A stretch of DNA of 64,000 nt from Utricularia gibba (taxonomy: Eukaryota; Plantae; Magnoliophyta), in NCBI GenBank assembly GCA_002189035.1, contig NEEC01000014.1, positions 1,488,001-1,552,000 on the forward strand, in the 5' to 3' direction. A program made the position numbers and the translations under genes. The notes beneath the pieces are model-generated. The model was not told where the DNA came from. It was given only the letters and a program-made list of their open reading frames with translations, and did not search any database. Numbering within the stretch: the stretch's first letter is position 1; each line of letters opens with the position of its first letter. This document shows positions 13,123 through 30,603 of this stretch, piece by piece.

Positions 13123-15358
13123 TCACGCATTCATTTCAGCCAGTATGCGGCTGTATGTGTGGTGATCGGTTGTGTTCTTGAATCCTGGAACAAAATCGGA
13201 AAAGAATCGCAGGACGGTAGCTACATGCTGTGGATCATTGGAAGCGTAGGCTGCCTCGAGAAACATGGACGGCTGAATGTTGGTTACCTGAAACAGAACA
13301 AAAACAAGCTGTAGATAGTACATGAAGAACAAATTCATGCCTGCAGTATATACATCATGTCTTGATTGTTGGGAGGTTGTGAGACGAGATGGATTTACCT
13401 TGTTGCTTTTTGCGTAGCGCAAAGCTTCAAGATAATGCCCATCTTTTACAAGCAATGAAACGTAGTCATGATGAAACGAGAGCTGACTCATCATCGTCAT
13501 GCCCAGCTTCTTTGTATGCGGGTTACAACTGCCAGATTCCAGTAGCTGGAGAGCCACCTCTTTCGAAGGTTCAATAATCTTATTCTTAATAAACAACTCA
13601 AGTGTGGAAAAATGCATATCCCGAGCAAGTATACGGATCATCAGTGCATAGTTATCAGGGTGCACCTTCAATTTTTCGAGGTTAGCTCTGCGGAGGAACT
13701 CGACAAGGATGGAGATCAAGTAAGATCCATCGCTTGCCATCTCTTCCTCTACTGATGCAAACACAAAGGTATGCAAATCAGAAGCTGAAACTGCAGGAGA
13801 AGAAGTTACGAGCTGATGACGCTCAATTGAGGAAGCTTGCCTACTCGATTCATCAACTACTGTACCAGAGTTATGTGATTTTGTTTGCAAACCACCCTCT
13901 TTCTCTACAGTTTGCAGATTAGATGTGGTGCAAGATTCATTTCCGCTGTAACTTCCAGATTCATGCAGTGCTTCTGTTGTACTGGTTATAATACTATCAC
14001 CATCCTCAGGCCTACCCAGATTGGATGTAGAAGGTGAAGCTTCTTGAACTGTGATTCTTTTGTAATAGCTCCCAGATTTGATTGCTTGGGAGTATGATAT
14101 GAGCAAGACATCTAAGGCCCTTGTGACGAAAGAGACTGGCTTTCTCTCCAAAATGGTATTGCGTAGTATGCTCAAGCATAATCTCTTATTATTGTCTGCC
14201 TCCAACTTTCTTCTTTGCAAGAATTCAAGGGTAAGCGGAACTTCTGAACTGCTGGTTGAAATAGCCTCCAGATCCAACCTGATTTTCCATAAAACGCCAT
14301 TAGCAACATCACAAACAAGATCCGGGACAAGAAACAACCAGTGGTCTCCATAAGTTTCTAGTTCAGCGTCAGCAATTTTTTTGATTCAGATCGTCTTGAA
14401 GCTGCAGTAGGCTCAGAGAAACCTTTCAACAACAGTGGAAGTGGTGCAGAGATTGGTGCCTGAGAATCTTCAAATAAATCATACAATATCACAACCTTGG
14501 CTTCGAGTTGATGAACAAGTAAGACATTGTCAATCACACTAACAGCAATTCTGCTGGAGTAAACTGCTAGGGAACCCTGCTTTACAACAGCATCTCGATA
14601 AAACCTATAAACATGAAGCAGCATAGCCACTCTATCGAGCTGCAGGCAGTAAATCCTGCCATAAACAGTTATAATATTGATATCTTCAGCAGCAAGGATA
14701 GGCTTATTATTCACCTCAGATTGAGATGGGACAATTACCATATCAAATTTTGGCAAACGTATTGTTCCAGCAGATGACAGCTGATAACCTGTAACACTTT
14801 TGCACTGCAATCCTGAGGCAAGGAGTACTAACCTGCTTTCATGCGTGTAAATATACCAATTAATATTCAATTTCTTTGTCTCAACTAACTGAAGAGATCT
14901 TGAGCTGGAATTGCACACATAAAAATCAAGGCCACTTGTTTTGACAAACACGATGTTACATGATGGACAATCCGACCAAAAAAATCCAAGAATGATTTCT
15001 GATTCAGGTCTACACTTCTGGGTGAAGGTATCCCTGGTCTCTCTATTCCAAATCTGAATTTCATGACTAGATCGCTGAACAGCCAGAAGCTTGAGGTCCA
15101 ACGAATACCGAATAGAAAGCACAGGACCTTCACTTATTGTGTCAGATAATGCAGCAGCAACATGAGGATCATATGGAACAACTTTCCACGAAACTACCTG
15201 ATTAGACTTCAGTGAAATCATGAGCTTGTTGCCATCATCATAGAAAAACTGTGAACCAGGGATACGGAACCTTAGAGGGGGTACCGGATATAAACATGCG
15301 ACAGTGCATTAGATGGTCTGTGTCGTGAATTACCAGAGAAATATTCTCCTCCTGACAT
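13123..15358 (-). CDS. RMC1: Mic1-domain protein, regulator of the MON1-CCZ1 complex (colon cancer-associated Mic1-like)
   Basis: Starts MSGGEYFSGNSRHRPSNALSHVYIRYPPLR..FFYDDGNKL, then EGPVLSIRYSLD, ILGFFWSDCP, WYIYTHESRLVLLASG, VYGRIYCLQLDR, YRFYRDAVVKQGSL, VIDNVLLVHQ and LEAAYASNDPQHVATVLRFFSDF. Two 1-bp homopolymer breaks (~15277-15281 and ~14376-14382) and one intron near the 3' end. Confidence 0.92.
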
Positions 15359-15397
15359 GTTTCAATTACTGGAAGTATAGAGATCCGTTATTTGAAG

Positions 15398-15586
15398 TTA
15401 ACTCTTCCGCCCTACCGTATTTTGCAAACAACTCTTCAAGACAAGAAACTCTTTCAAGCACATATCCTTTTCAACATGAGGTATCTTCAAAGAAACACAT
15501 CTACCATATTCTTTGGCCTGGGAAGAGCAATTGACCAATATCCTCCTCAGTAGTGACGAGGTCCTAGAATGATTATTGTCTCTCAT
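15398..15586 (-). CDS. 62-aa twin-CX9C (CHCH) peptide upstream of RMC1; equivalent to the conserved upstream ORF CPuORF20 (homology group 8), NDUFAF8-like
   Basis: MRDNNHSRTSSLLRRILVNCSSQAKEYGRCVSLKIPHVEKDMCLKEFLVLKSCLQNTVGRKS has two CX9C motifs. Its stop lies 40 nt upstream of the RMC1 ATG on the same strand, matching the At3g12012/At3g12010 arrangement as I recall it. Confidence 0.88.
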   Translation of the reverse strand: MRDNNHSRTSSLLRRILVNCSSQAKEYGRCVSLKIPHVEKDMCLKEFLVLKSCLQNTVGRKS

Positions 15587-15829
15587 AACCGAAAACAGAA
15601 CAAACAAACAAATCCAAGATTTCAACAGAATGTACCGCAAGTGCAGACCATCGTATCGTTCAGAAAAATATCAAGCCTCAATGAAAACAAGCTTCTTAAC
15701 GGCTGGTAGATCCAAATCCTTGCACCAGAAGAGGTGGAGTGCCCGGAACCGGAGCAGGAGATTGGGATCCACGTCGTCTCGATGCTACTGGTAATCCCCA
15801 CGGACAAAATACATGTTTTTTCACTTATT

Positions 15830-15960
15830 TTTCCTAAATAAAATTAATTGGGCCGGGCTGCCTCCAATTTCTTAGGTAGTTTGGTGGCCCAAGATATGAT
15901 ATTAAAGCGAAGCCCAGTGAGATGAAGAGCGAAGTCCGAAACTCTGCTGGGACAACTTTT
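15830..15960. promoter_or_regulatory. Short bidirectional promoter between the CHCH-uORF/RMC1 unit (-) and CCDC130 (+)
   Basis: Head-to-head genes, with site II motifs TGGGCC at 15849-15854, GGCCCA at 15886-15891 and AGCCCA at 15911-15916 in both orientations. Confidence 0.6.
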
Positions 15961-16076
15961 CCCTCAATTCCTATCCTTACCCAGATCAGCTTCTGATTCC
16001 CTTCCTCGTTTTCGAAGATCGCAACAGTTCCCAAGGGTTAAGATACCGGTTTCTCTGTTGATTGAAGAATCGAACG

Positions 16077-17713
16077 ATGGTTTGTTCTTTCTTAATCTGC
16101 TTTTTTTATGTTTGATAATTAGATTTTATTCGCAATTATCGTTGAAGGATTTGTTATTTTTTCTGGATGTTGAAGAAATTTGAGTATCAAACACACCGGG
16201 AACCTTTTAAAATGTGGAGGATTGATTTGGGGTTGGTATCATACTTTTTTGCTCATCGATCTTCGATATGCAGAAAAAAATTATATTCAACTCAGTGTTC
16301 ATGAAATTCCTCAAGTTTTCCGTTCATTATTTTTCATTCGGATCAATTCTCCTAAGATTATTATGAAGGAAGCTGGTTCTGAAATTATATTTCTGTTTTG
16401 CAGTCCTCTCTTGCAGCTGCTAGGGCTGATAACTTTTACTATCCTCCAGAATGGGAACCAAAGAAGGTAAATACTGTCCGCTCACCTCCTAGACATAAAA
16501 CTCATGTTAATTTATTCATATCGTGTATGCTGATTTGTTTTTCGTTTACAAGGGTGGGCTGAACAAGTTTCACGGTCAACATGCCTTGAGAGAGAGAGCC
16601 AGAAAAATAGATCAGGGCATCTTGATCATAAGGTACTCAGTGGCATGCTTCTAATCCTGGATAGTGACATTCTGCAATGAAATCGTTGCATCTTTTTTTG
16701 GATCTATTGATCATTTCTATTCGTCATTAGTGGATCTTGTGTGCATCATTTGTTTATTTAATTTTTCAGGTTCGAGATGCCCTTCAATATCTGGTGTGGC
16801 GGATGTGAGTCAATGATTGCGAAGGGAGTAAGATTCAATGCAGAGAAAAAGCAAGTTGGAAATTACTACTCCACGAAGGTATGAAGCTGAAAATCATGTT
16901 TCATGCATATCTTTGGAGTTTGGAGTAGCAGTAGAAACAGACCTTTTTTTTTTTTTTGTTTACTGCAGATATGGAGTTTCACAATGAAGTCCGCCTGCTG
17001 CAGACATGAAATTGTCATTCAAACAGATCCAAAGAATTGTGAGTATCTGATTATCAGTGGAGCCCGAAAAAAAGTTGAGGAGTATGATCCTGAAGATGCT
17101 GAAACGTTGGTGTTACCTGTTGAGAGCGGTCAGTTGTTTTTTCTTTGTTAAATTGTTATTGCTGACTTCTTCAAAACTTCTTATGCCTGGATTTCCACAA
17201 TGTTTTTTCTGGTTTATAGATAGGGGCAAAATGGCAGATCCTTTTAAAAAGCTTGAGCATGAAGAGGGTGATCTCAAGAAGAAAAAGGAGGCAGAGCCAA
17301 GATTGGTGCGCCTGCAACGGATTTCTGATTCAAGACATCTGGATGATTATGCATTGAATAAATCCCTTCGAGCAAGACTCAGAGATCAGAAGAAAAGAGT
17401 TGCGGAGGAGGAGGCCAATTCTAGGAAAGCAGGGCTTGGCATCAGACTTCTTCCACCATCTCATGAGGATACCCTCGCTGCATCTCGTGTTCAATTCGCC
17501 ACCAAGTTTGAGCGCAACCGGAAGGACAAGCGGGCTCTTATTCATGCCACTTCAATCTTTTCCAAGTCATCTACTTCTGGTGATCACACAACGCGTCTGG
17601 ATCTCCAAGCCAAACGGAGAAAAATAAACGCCACTGCCGCATCGAACTTGTTACTTGGAAGGATCAAGCCCTCTCCATTGTCTTCTGTATGTTCAACACG
17701 CCGGAGGCCTTGA
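16077..17713 (+). CDS. YJU2B: CWC16/YJU2-family splicing factor (CCDC130-like)
   Basis: ATG|GT micro-exon at 16077-16079, then [116 protein letters not shown], followed by a coiled-coil C-terminus. Confidence 0.94.
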
Positions 17714-18279
17714 GGTTTGTAGCTTATACGCAATTTCTATTCTGTACTGTTGACTCACAAGCATTGTGCGCTTACTGATGCTGTCGTGTTACTGCTAGGT
17801 GGTGGTGGTGTTTCAATATGAGCTCCGCCTCTTTTACTTGATGTGCATGGCTTGCTACGTAATTTTCTAAGGGACTTTAAACAAAGCTTTTTTTCAGTTC
17901 GTTCCTCAGGTTTAACTTAAGCATGGGAGTGGCGGTGCGATCCGACAGGTGAGTTAAAACATATTATTATGAAAAAAAGATAACATTTGAATTAAATTTT
18001 AAATTAATTAGAAAAATTCTACTGTTCAAATCCTAACCCTCATCGACGAAAACACCTGACGGCGGTGGTCGGAGGACCGACGCCAATGGTGGAGGCAACG
18101 TTGTTCGTGGGGGAAGAATCATCTCTATGATGTTTGGTTCCATGAAAAAACATTTTTTTTTTTTTGTCCAATGGTTCATGGATCCGCTTGTAACTGGTTA
18201 GTTTGTGTTAGAAATGACGTGGAACTTAACGAGATGCGGAATCCGAAATTCACGGCCCGGATGCGTAGATGCTTTAGTA

Positions 18280-18370
18280 ACGATTGGGCCTTAAATTCTA
18301 TCTTTGACGGCCCATTTATTTGCAATTCCGAAATTTGTGAGGCCCGAATTCGTCGGGTGTAGGGTTTGGC
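18280..18370 (+). promoter_or_regulatory. Site II plus telo-box module of the SmD1 promoter
   Basis: TGGGCC at 18285-18290, GGCCCA at 18309-18314 and TAGGGTTT at 18360-18367. This pairing is typical of plant snRNP and ribosomal-protein promoters. Confidence 0.6.
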
Positions 18371-18756
18371 GTTTAAAGCTTACCTGGCAGCGGGAATCTT
18401 TCTTCGTTCTTTGTGGCCATCTCAAGCCCTAATTCAGGTAGTTGCGTGTTTCGGAAAATGCTCTCCGGTAGTTGTTCGTTTTTTTCTTGTACTTTTGCGG
18501 TTAAATTTGGACTTGTTTTCGTTGTTTCAGAGTGAATTCTTGTGTTTAAAATTCTCAATCTGGAGGTCATTTTAGTTGCATGTACTTGGATGAGATAGTG
18601 ATAAAATGCGCTGTTCATTGTGCATTTCTATTGATTCTTGGATTCCTGAAGTAATTCCTTTTGCCTCAATTCGTTGTCTCAAGATTTGGGTGGCGTTGGA
18701 GGCTCGGCTAAGAGCAAATTTTTGGAACTATATTTCAATTTCTTCACCGACTAACC

Positions 18757-19888
18757 ATGAAGCTCGTGAGGTGCGGTTTTGCTTGCCTATCGTTTTGTTT
18801 TTGTGGTTTTGGAAATGTAGTGTACGGCGGTTGGTATGTTTCGTTCTTTTCATTAGTTATTTCCATCTTGTGTGCGCTGATATTTTTGGCAGATTCTTGA
18901 TGAAACTGACGAATGAGACTGTTTCACTTGAGCTCAAGAACGGCACCGTTGTCCATGGTACCATTATAGGTACATTCCCTCCTCTCATTTGCCGTTAAAA
19001 AATGGTTACTTTTTAAGATCTTGGACTTCAGTTTCTGTATTCCTTAAGTTGTAGATGATTGTGAACTGTGTCTCTGTATCATCTCAAGTTTGGAAATGTC
19101 AGCTGATTGCTTGCTCCTGGGTAGTTCAACTGTGTGATAGCTAGGAGTTGGTATCTTTATCTCTGTTTATCTTTCCATGCGGATTTATCTGAAGCTTTGG
19201 GTAGTTTCCTTTTGTCTCTTTATGAGTTAGCTGAAACTTGCGAGTTTATCCGTGCAGATTTATCTGAAGTTAGGAAGTATCACTCTTTTTTTGTCAAATA
19301 AGGTTTTGGCAACGAAAAGGTTTTATTAAGTTTTGGTAACACCCCATCTATCCATTGAAAATTGATTGGTTTGTGTATCTTCAAAACGAAATCAAATGGT
19401 AATGAATTGAATAAGAGGGCTATCTTTTCTTGTTCCTCTTTTTTTAAAAAAATTATTGGTATTGTATTGACGACATGAATTTTTATGCAAAACACTCCCA
19501 TATAATTTAGTGTCATAGCATGACCTCTCGTTGTTCTTGCAGGTGTTGATGTCAGCATGAACACTCACTTGAAGACAGTGAAACTAACACTGAAGGGAAA
19601 GAATCCGATCACCCTTGATCATCTAAGCGTTCGGGGAAACAACATTCGCTACTATATCCTCCCCGATAGCTTAAACCTGGAAACTTTACTGGTTGAGGAG
19701 ACTCCAAGGGTAAAGCCAAAGAAGCCAACCGCAGGTACAAATTGCTTACCAACTCTAAGGGAAGCAACATCCCCCTCCCCATATCTGCTATTATTTCGCC
19801 TGCTAAATCTTTTTCTTAAACTACAGGGAGACCAGTGGGCCGTGGTCGGGGCAGAGGCCGTGGTCGGGGTCGGGGGCGTGGGCGTTAG
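18757..19888 (+). CDS. SMD1: Small nuclear ribonucleoprotein Sm D1
   Basis: Four exons (18757-18770, 18893-18969, 19543-19733, 19827-19888) give [112 protein letters not shown]. Confidence 0.97.
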
Positions 19889-21254
19889 TCGTCCCCATTG
19901 TTCTGATCCATGGAGTTCATTTTAGTTCCAAACTGTAGAAGGTTTGTGTGAAAGCTGTGTTTTGTTCACTACCCATGTTCAAGGACGAGCAACTATCCAA
20001 CTTTTCTCCATGAGCAGCTTTGGAGAGCTGTGCCCATTTCCGTCATTTCCCACTCTCACCAAACATTCAGGACCATAACAATCGCGAGGTAACTCTTTTT
20101 GTTAAAAAAAAAGGAAATATTTGATAGTAATTATGAAAATGTTTTTTTTTTTCTGAAAATCGAAAAGGATTTTAATTTAAAAGGTCAAGTTTTATGAAAA
20201 TATCTTACAGGCTTAGTGGGCGGTGCCTCCATTCACTCTTCTATTTTGTGAACACGTCATGTGTGCCCTCTTGGAGCATGCAACGGGTGAAAAAGTGGAC
20301 ATTGATCGGTTTTTAATTTATTACACATTAAAATAAATAATTAATATGGAAGTTGACTATTTTTCTGAAGACCCCATAACATGCTGTTGAATATATTATT
20401 CTATTAAATGTAAATTATAATAATATTTCATGAATTTAGTTTTCAAAAGGGTGCAATATTAATTTCAAGATACGTAAATGAGAGACATTATTATATATGT
20501 ATTATTGGAGTACGGGGAGTGCGGTTAGTGTACTTGGGGGGTTGCTGAAAGCCCATGGAATGATTCTTTGAGCCCACAGATTGAGGTGAAGGGATATGGT
20601 TGGAGCCTCTTGACCCTATCCGAATCTTTCCCTTTCTCGTATGTCAAATCCGCTCCTTATCCACTGCAATGTTTAATAAATAATATCAAACGTCACGCTT
20701 ATCCCGGATAACTCTGATTAAAATCGTAAAAATAGCTGAATATCGAATTATATAACACATGATTCGTCATCAACGGGAAGGATTGTTGCTAAATATTATA
20801 TTGTCAAGGATTTGGTAATAGTATTTAAATCATTTTAATTTTATATAAAGCATTTTATTCAAAAAAGAATAATGTGGATCTAATCAAAGATAAAGAAAAA
20901 CACATATTTAAATAGAGAAATCATTTTAATTTGGTACTAGATCTTTTATTTGAAAAAAGAAAACATAAAATCATGAAAATGGGGTTTTAAAAATGAAGTG
21001 TGGATCATGACATGGTATGTAGTTTTTATTGAAGATGTGGTAATTTTGATTGAAAGTGGGAGAAAATGAAATTAGGTGGACTTGGAGGGGTAATTTAGTC
21101 CATCTGGGGTGGGTCTTCCTTCGGTAACTCCGAATGTTCTCCATGCGGTATATAAGCGAAGCAGCGAGGTGGAGAGATGAAGAGACTGTAGGTAAAGCAA
21201 GTAATTCGTTGAAGATTCGGTGTATTTGTGAGCGAGTATCTCTCTTGTGAAGTC

Positions 21255-25347
<4,093 letters not shown>

Positions 25348-26547
25348 GTTGCATGCCATGCACCATGTAAGGCTCTTTTGATTCTTGTTTTCTTTCTCCT
25401 GGGAGATGGAACATCATGGGATGCCTTTTTTGAATAAGACAGTTTTCCACCTTTCCGACATCATCAAACTCAAACACATTGCTGTAGTGAAGGCGTCCAA
25501 GTAGTCAATTAGATGTTAGATTTGAGCAAAAATTGTTCAAATTATTTCGAAAAATTCGAGTCGATTTAAATTTATATTGATAGTTTCTAGTGCAAATATT
25601 GAAATTATAGTAATTTACGAATATGAATAATGATTTTAATTTTTGATTTGGATATTTTATTATAAAAAAAATTAATCAAAAGGGTATTAATATAGTTATA
25701 TTTAATATGTTATATGCAATTTTGTTTTATTAAAATATTTTGTATAATTTAGATATGCGGCTGAGGCTGGAATAAATATAATGAGTAATAAATTATTTTT
25801 TAATCACAGTGACGTAAGCAAGGGGAAACTGGTAGGCAAGGGTAGAAGCGTCATTTCGGGAGGCTAATCCAGGTGTTGTTACATTAGACAAACTCGTTCC
25901 TTTGAATTACGAAACGGACGACACAGAAACGGAGTGACTTGCCTCGCTCGCTGGCCGCTGCGTCTTTTTCCTGGGACCGGAATTTCATACCCGGCTGGTG
26001 AACTCTTGCCGTTTGCGGCGCTTTGACATCTGTCAGTGTTTTTTGATATATGGTAAATTATCGAAGGTGTGCCTTCAATTTCTTCATTCCTTGTTGTAGA
26101 TTTTTTGCGCGGGGGTGTTTTCGTGTTCTCTACACTATATGGTGTTGAAGTAAATAGGTTTGAACGGTTTTGGTGGCATGTGGGTGATGCGTGTAGTCTC
26201 GGGCGCGGTTGTGGATTTTGGGGAGACTTGGAAGGTTTTTATTGATATGCCCGGATTATGAACCTTGTGGTTCTTGAATTGTTTTTCTGGATGAGTGGAT
26301 CAGAATCCAAGTGCTATTTTTTGTTTTATTATCTCGGCGTTGTTCTGGTGAAACGGTTGTTGAATTTCGTGCGTTTATGAATGCGTCAAGTTTTCTTTTT
26401 TTTTCCCCTATTTGTGTTAGGGTTTTTCCAGAACTTCACGCAGTATTTTTTGTGGAAATTTGTCGAAAATTTTCACTTCCTCGTTTTTTTTTTTCCGTTG
26501 TTTGAAGCTGGTAGTCATGATTTCAAATTTTTCATTTAGGTGTCAAG

Positions 26548-29500
26548 ATGAGCCAAACCGATTTAGATATGGAGGATGCGGAAAAAGGACATACTTCCGG
26601 ACCAAATCAACATTCCAATGGTGAAGTGGTAGGCTCCGTGCCTGCTGGAGGAGAGAAGCTTTCGTCTGCCACGGATGGGACATCAAATGGTGGTGATGAG
26701 GTAAGTAAACCTAGCGATGATGATGAAGGACATGCTGGAGTTGACAAACCACTGAAGGAAGCAGCTACTGAGGGCAATAATGAAAAGCTAGCTGACATGA
26801 AAACTGAAGATAAAAAAGAAGCTGCTAATAGAAGCACATTGGAGATTGAAGTTGATAACAAGGAAGAAGCCTCCAGTCCAACACCTATTGAGATTGAGTT
26901 GAAGGAAAAGAAGCCGTGTGTCAATCCTGTAGGTGTTGTAAGTGATCTGAAGGAAGCAGAGGATACAATAAATGAGGATGTCAGTGAGAAAAAGATCGAA
27001 GAAATTTCCAAGGATATTCATGATCATGTTGAACTCGCTGAAGGTGTAAAAAATGGTGCCCGAAATGGCATGACGCTAGAGAAAGATGAGCAGATGGAGA
27101 TGACTGTTGAGGCATATGGTAATAGAGAAGATGAGGACGAAACAAAAGGACAGGATCCACAACCAGCCGTTTCTGGTCATGAGAATGAGGAGAATATTAG
27201 TCCTGTTGAAACTTCCGCCAACCATATCAAAGATTCTTCTGCCTTAGACCCCATGAATTTTCAACGCCAAATTCACATGTCAGGCATTCTCCGAGCAAGG
27301 CTGGAGATCATGGCACAGAAATAGCTAAGAATGTCACTCCAGCAATATTAGCTCTGGTAACTAAGGCTGACATATGCAAGATTAGTTAAATAAGTAAATC
27401 CGAAAAGCAAACCTGGACCAACATTTTGAAATGTTAATCTTTTTGCTCATATTTTAGACTGGCGAAAGTGAGGATGGAACACTAGAAGAACAAGCTGCTT
27501 TTGTTAAAGAAGTTGAAAGTTTTTATCGGGAAAGATCAATGGACTTCAAGCAACCAAAGTTTTATGGGCAGCCTCTGAATTGTCTGAAGTAATCATGCGG
27601 CTCTTAATTTTACCATTAATTTATTCGGTAAAGAATAAATTTTTCCCTGTGCTCTAGGTTATGGAGGGCTGTAGTCAGGTTGGGAGGCTATGATAAGGTA
27701 TGCTTGTTTTACCTTTCGATGAGCTCATGTTTTATGGAATTTTTTAAGATAGTATTTACATATCAATGTCTCTTGTTTGAAAATATGTTCCACTTCCTAG
27801 TAATATGGAAAATATATTTTCAATTACATTGCTAGACTCAAATGTATTTCTAATAGCATTGATATGTGAATAATATATTAGTAAAATTTTCAACTACCTA
27901 GCAATAAGCACAAAATATATTTTCATTTGCATTTTTCTCCTTGTCTCATTTTCATTTTTTGATGATGTTTCTCTGAATTAAATTTTTTTGTTTTTAAAGA
28001 CCTAAGATACTCGTTTTATGGTTTTGGAGCTGTAGGTTTATGCTTCTTTCTGGTAAATTAGTATGTTGTGCTTGTAATTCACTTCCATTTTTGTTACATG
28101 CGAGCAATCTTAGGTTCAATGTTGCTAGATTTTATGATTTATTTTATGAAAGATTCACTTAATGTTCACTTGGCAAGAATCAATGCTGGATACTCTCCCC
28201 TCTCCCTGATAATGGGCACTTTCGACAGGTAACTGCATTGAAGTTGTGGAGACAAGTGGGAGAGTCCTTCCATCCACCAAAGTAAGAATCTCAACTTGTG
28301 CCCTTTAATATCCTTTTCCTTTGTGAAACATGTCGTCGAATAATTTTCTGAATCTTGGCACCTTAACCTTCAGCTTGTACTTTATATGAGACGAATTTCA
28401 CCATCCAGATACGGGTTTTTCATTGCTCTCTTCAAAGAAAATATTTTTTGAATTTCTGCGTATGATCTTTTTGTTTTTTTTAGTTGAACATTCAAATCAA
28501 CATCTGGGGGGGTTCAAGGCTTATAAACTATATTTTGTCCACTCATCACTGCAGGACGTGCACAACTGTATCCTGGACATTCCGCATTTTCTATGAGAAG
28601 GTGATAATCCCATGAATTCTATGATTGGCTTCTTACAAATGTGCAAATTAGAGGCTCGATGGATAGTTGTGTTACTCTGGTTGCTTTTGTTCATTTGGTG
28701 ATCACTGAAGTGTGCCACACAGATATTGTCTAATGTGTTTTTTCATTTGTTAGTCCCTTCTGGAATTTGAAAGGCAAAAGACTCAAAATGGTGAACTCCA
28801 GTTCCCAATAGCAGGATTTCCTGAAGCTGTAGGTGTTGACAGTGAGGTGTGTGAGCCTTTTCCTTTCTATGTATTTTTGTGTTCCTCCCCTTATATCTGT
28901 CGTGTAGAATTTTTGTCTTTTACGCCCAAAGAAGATGATCCGTGACCAGTATTGTAGTATATTGATTGAATAGTTGTCTGTTTCTCTGATTTTATTGCAG
29001 AATGATATAAGCTTATACTGGCATGGTTTTGAGTTGGTATACCTGTAGAGCATTTGCAATGAGTCCTGCCTTACACCAACGTGATAGCTTTATTTGTACA
29101 CAGGGCAGTGGTTATCAAGCATCAGGTGCAGGTTCAGGATCAGCACCAGGAAGAGCACGAAGGGACTCTGCCAGCCGGGCAATGCAAGGGTGGCATACTC
29201 AACGACTTTTGACCAATGATGAGGTTGGTTAACCGGTTGTCAAGAGTCAACCAGTTTCCAGTGATGTCTGTCATATGATTTATTTAAACACCACTGCATA
29301 ATGTGATTGCATTTTTTATATGATTGTGTTTTCTTAGGAAAAGAACCTCAACAGTGTTGGAAAGCGTGAGAAAACAATTAAAAGCAGTGGTGAGCTCTCT
29401 TCCGTTGGCACAGACTGAACATTTTCCAGCTTTAAGTGATCACCCAGATGGGCTGTATCGCATTGTCATTGCATCACATCAATTGATTAATCTGTTGTTG

Positions 29501-30603
29501 AAGGATTTGTCTCTTGTGTTTCTTAGGCGCTCTTTTTTGAGTTTCGCTGTTAGGTTTTTCAGCATTTTAACAGAAGTATCTCCTATGTTTATTAGGTCTA
29601 GTCAAACAAAAGAGAACTCCTGAAGTTGAGCATCAGAATAAAGTTGCCCGTACTGAGACACCCAAGCAGTTGAGTTTTGGCTATATCTGGGCTTTTTTGT
29701 TTCTTCTTTTTCGAGACTTGTTATCGTTGATTTTTATTTGATTAATTTGAGGATTGCCTTGGGGAGAACGCAACAGTTTTTTATTGTTTCTACTCTCGTT
29801 GTTTTTTCTTATTTCTCATTCCCAGCTAAAAGCTTTTGTTTATTTGGTAGATTGGCAACATCCATTGTTGATCTTGGACCTCCGGCTGACTGGGTGAAGA
29901 TTAACGTACGGCAAATGGTGTGTTTTATGCCTAAAAGTTTAGTATCTCATTCGAGACACGGGAAGGTTTACAAATTTACTTAGACAACCTAACCTTTTTG
30001 TACATGCAGCAAGAATGTTTCGAGGTTTATGCCTTAGTGCCGGGGTTGCTGCGTGAAGAGGTGATTTGAAACCTAGTGTTCCTTTTCACAGTTTTCCGGC
30101 TGCCTTTCTCCATGTTTGAAATTCTGTCATCATCGGTTCAGGTGCGAGTTCAGTCTGATCCTGCTGGACGTGTTGTCATAACGGGTCAACCTGAGCAATT
30201 AGATAACCCCTGGGGAATAACACCATTCAAAAAGGTATCCTCATATGCTCTATCCAACAGTTACCCGTAAGTTGCAGGCAGTTCGATGAGACCTCCATTT
30301 TCTTTTTTTTTTCCCACTCTACCCTTTTCTTTCTCGATCCCCCTTATTCTTCTATTTGTTTTTTTTTTTTTTTTTTTTTTTACCCGTATGGTTCCTGAAA
30401 AAACTAAATGGGGATGAATGTAAAGGCTACATGCACTGGCTACTGACTTATGACGATATTTTTGCATGATTGACTTGCAGGTTATTTGCCTACCTGAGAG
30501 AATTGACCCGCTTCAAACCTCAGCAGTAGTTAGTATGCATGGACGCCTGCTTGTCCGTGTTCCTTTCGAACAGCCTAATGCCCAGCCTAACGCGCAGGCC
30601 TGA
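26548..30603 (+). CDS. ARID (BRIGHT) DNA-binding protein with C-terminal Hsp20/alpha-crystallin domain
   Basis: Acidic low-complexity N-terminus, then EEQAAFVKEVESFYRERSMDFKQPKFYGQPLNCLKLWRAVVRLGGYDKVTALKLWRQVGESFHPPKTCTTVSWTFRIFYEK (ARID), GRARRDSASRAMQGWH, VDLGPPADWVKINVR, FEVYALVPGLLREEVRVQSDPAGRVVITGQPEQLDNPWGITPFKKVICLPERIDPLQTSAVVSMHGRLLVRVPFEQ. Probable 1-bp break at ~27249-27252. Confidence 0.92.
30359..30381 (+). repeat. Poly-T tract (~23 nt) in the last intron of the ARID gene
   Basis: Direct reading; the length is unreliable given the homopolymer errors in this assembly. Confidence 0.85.
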
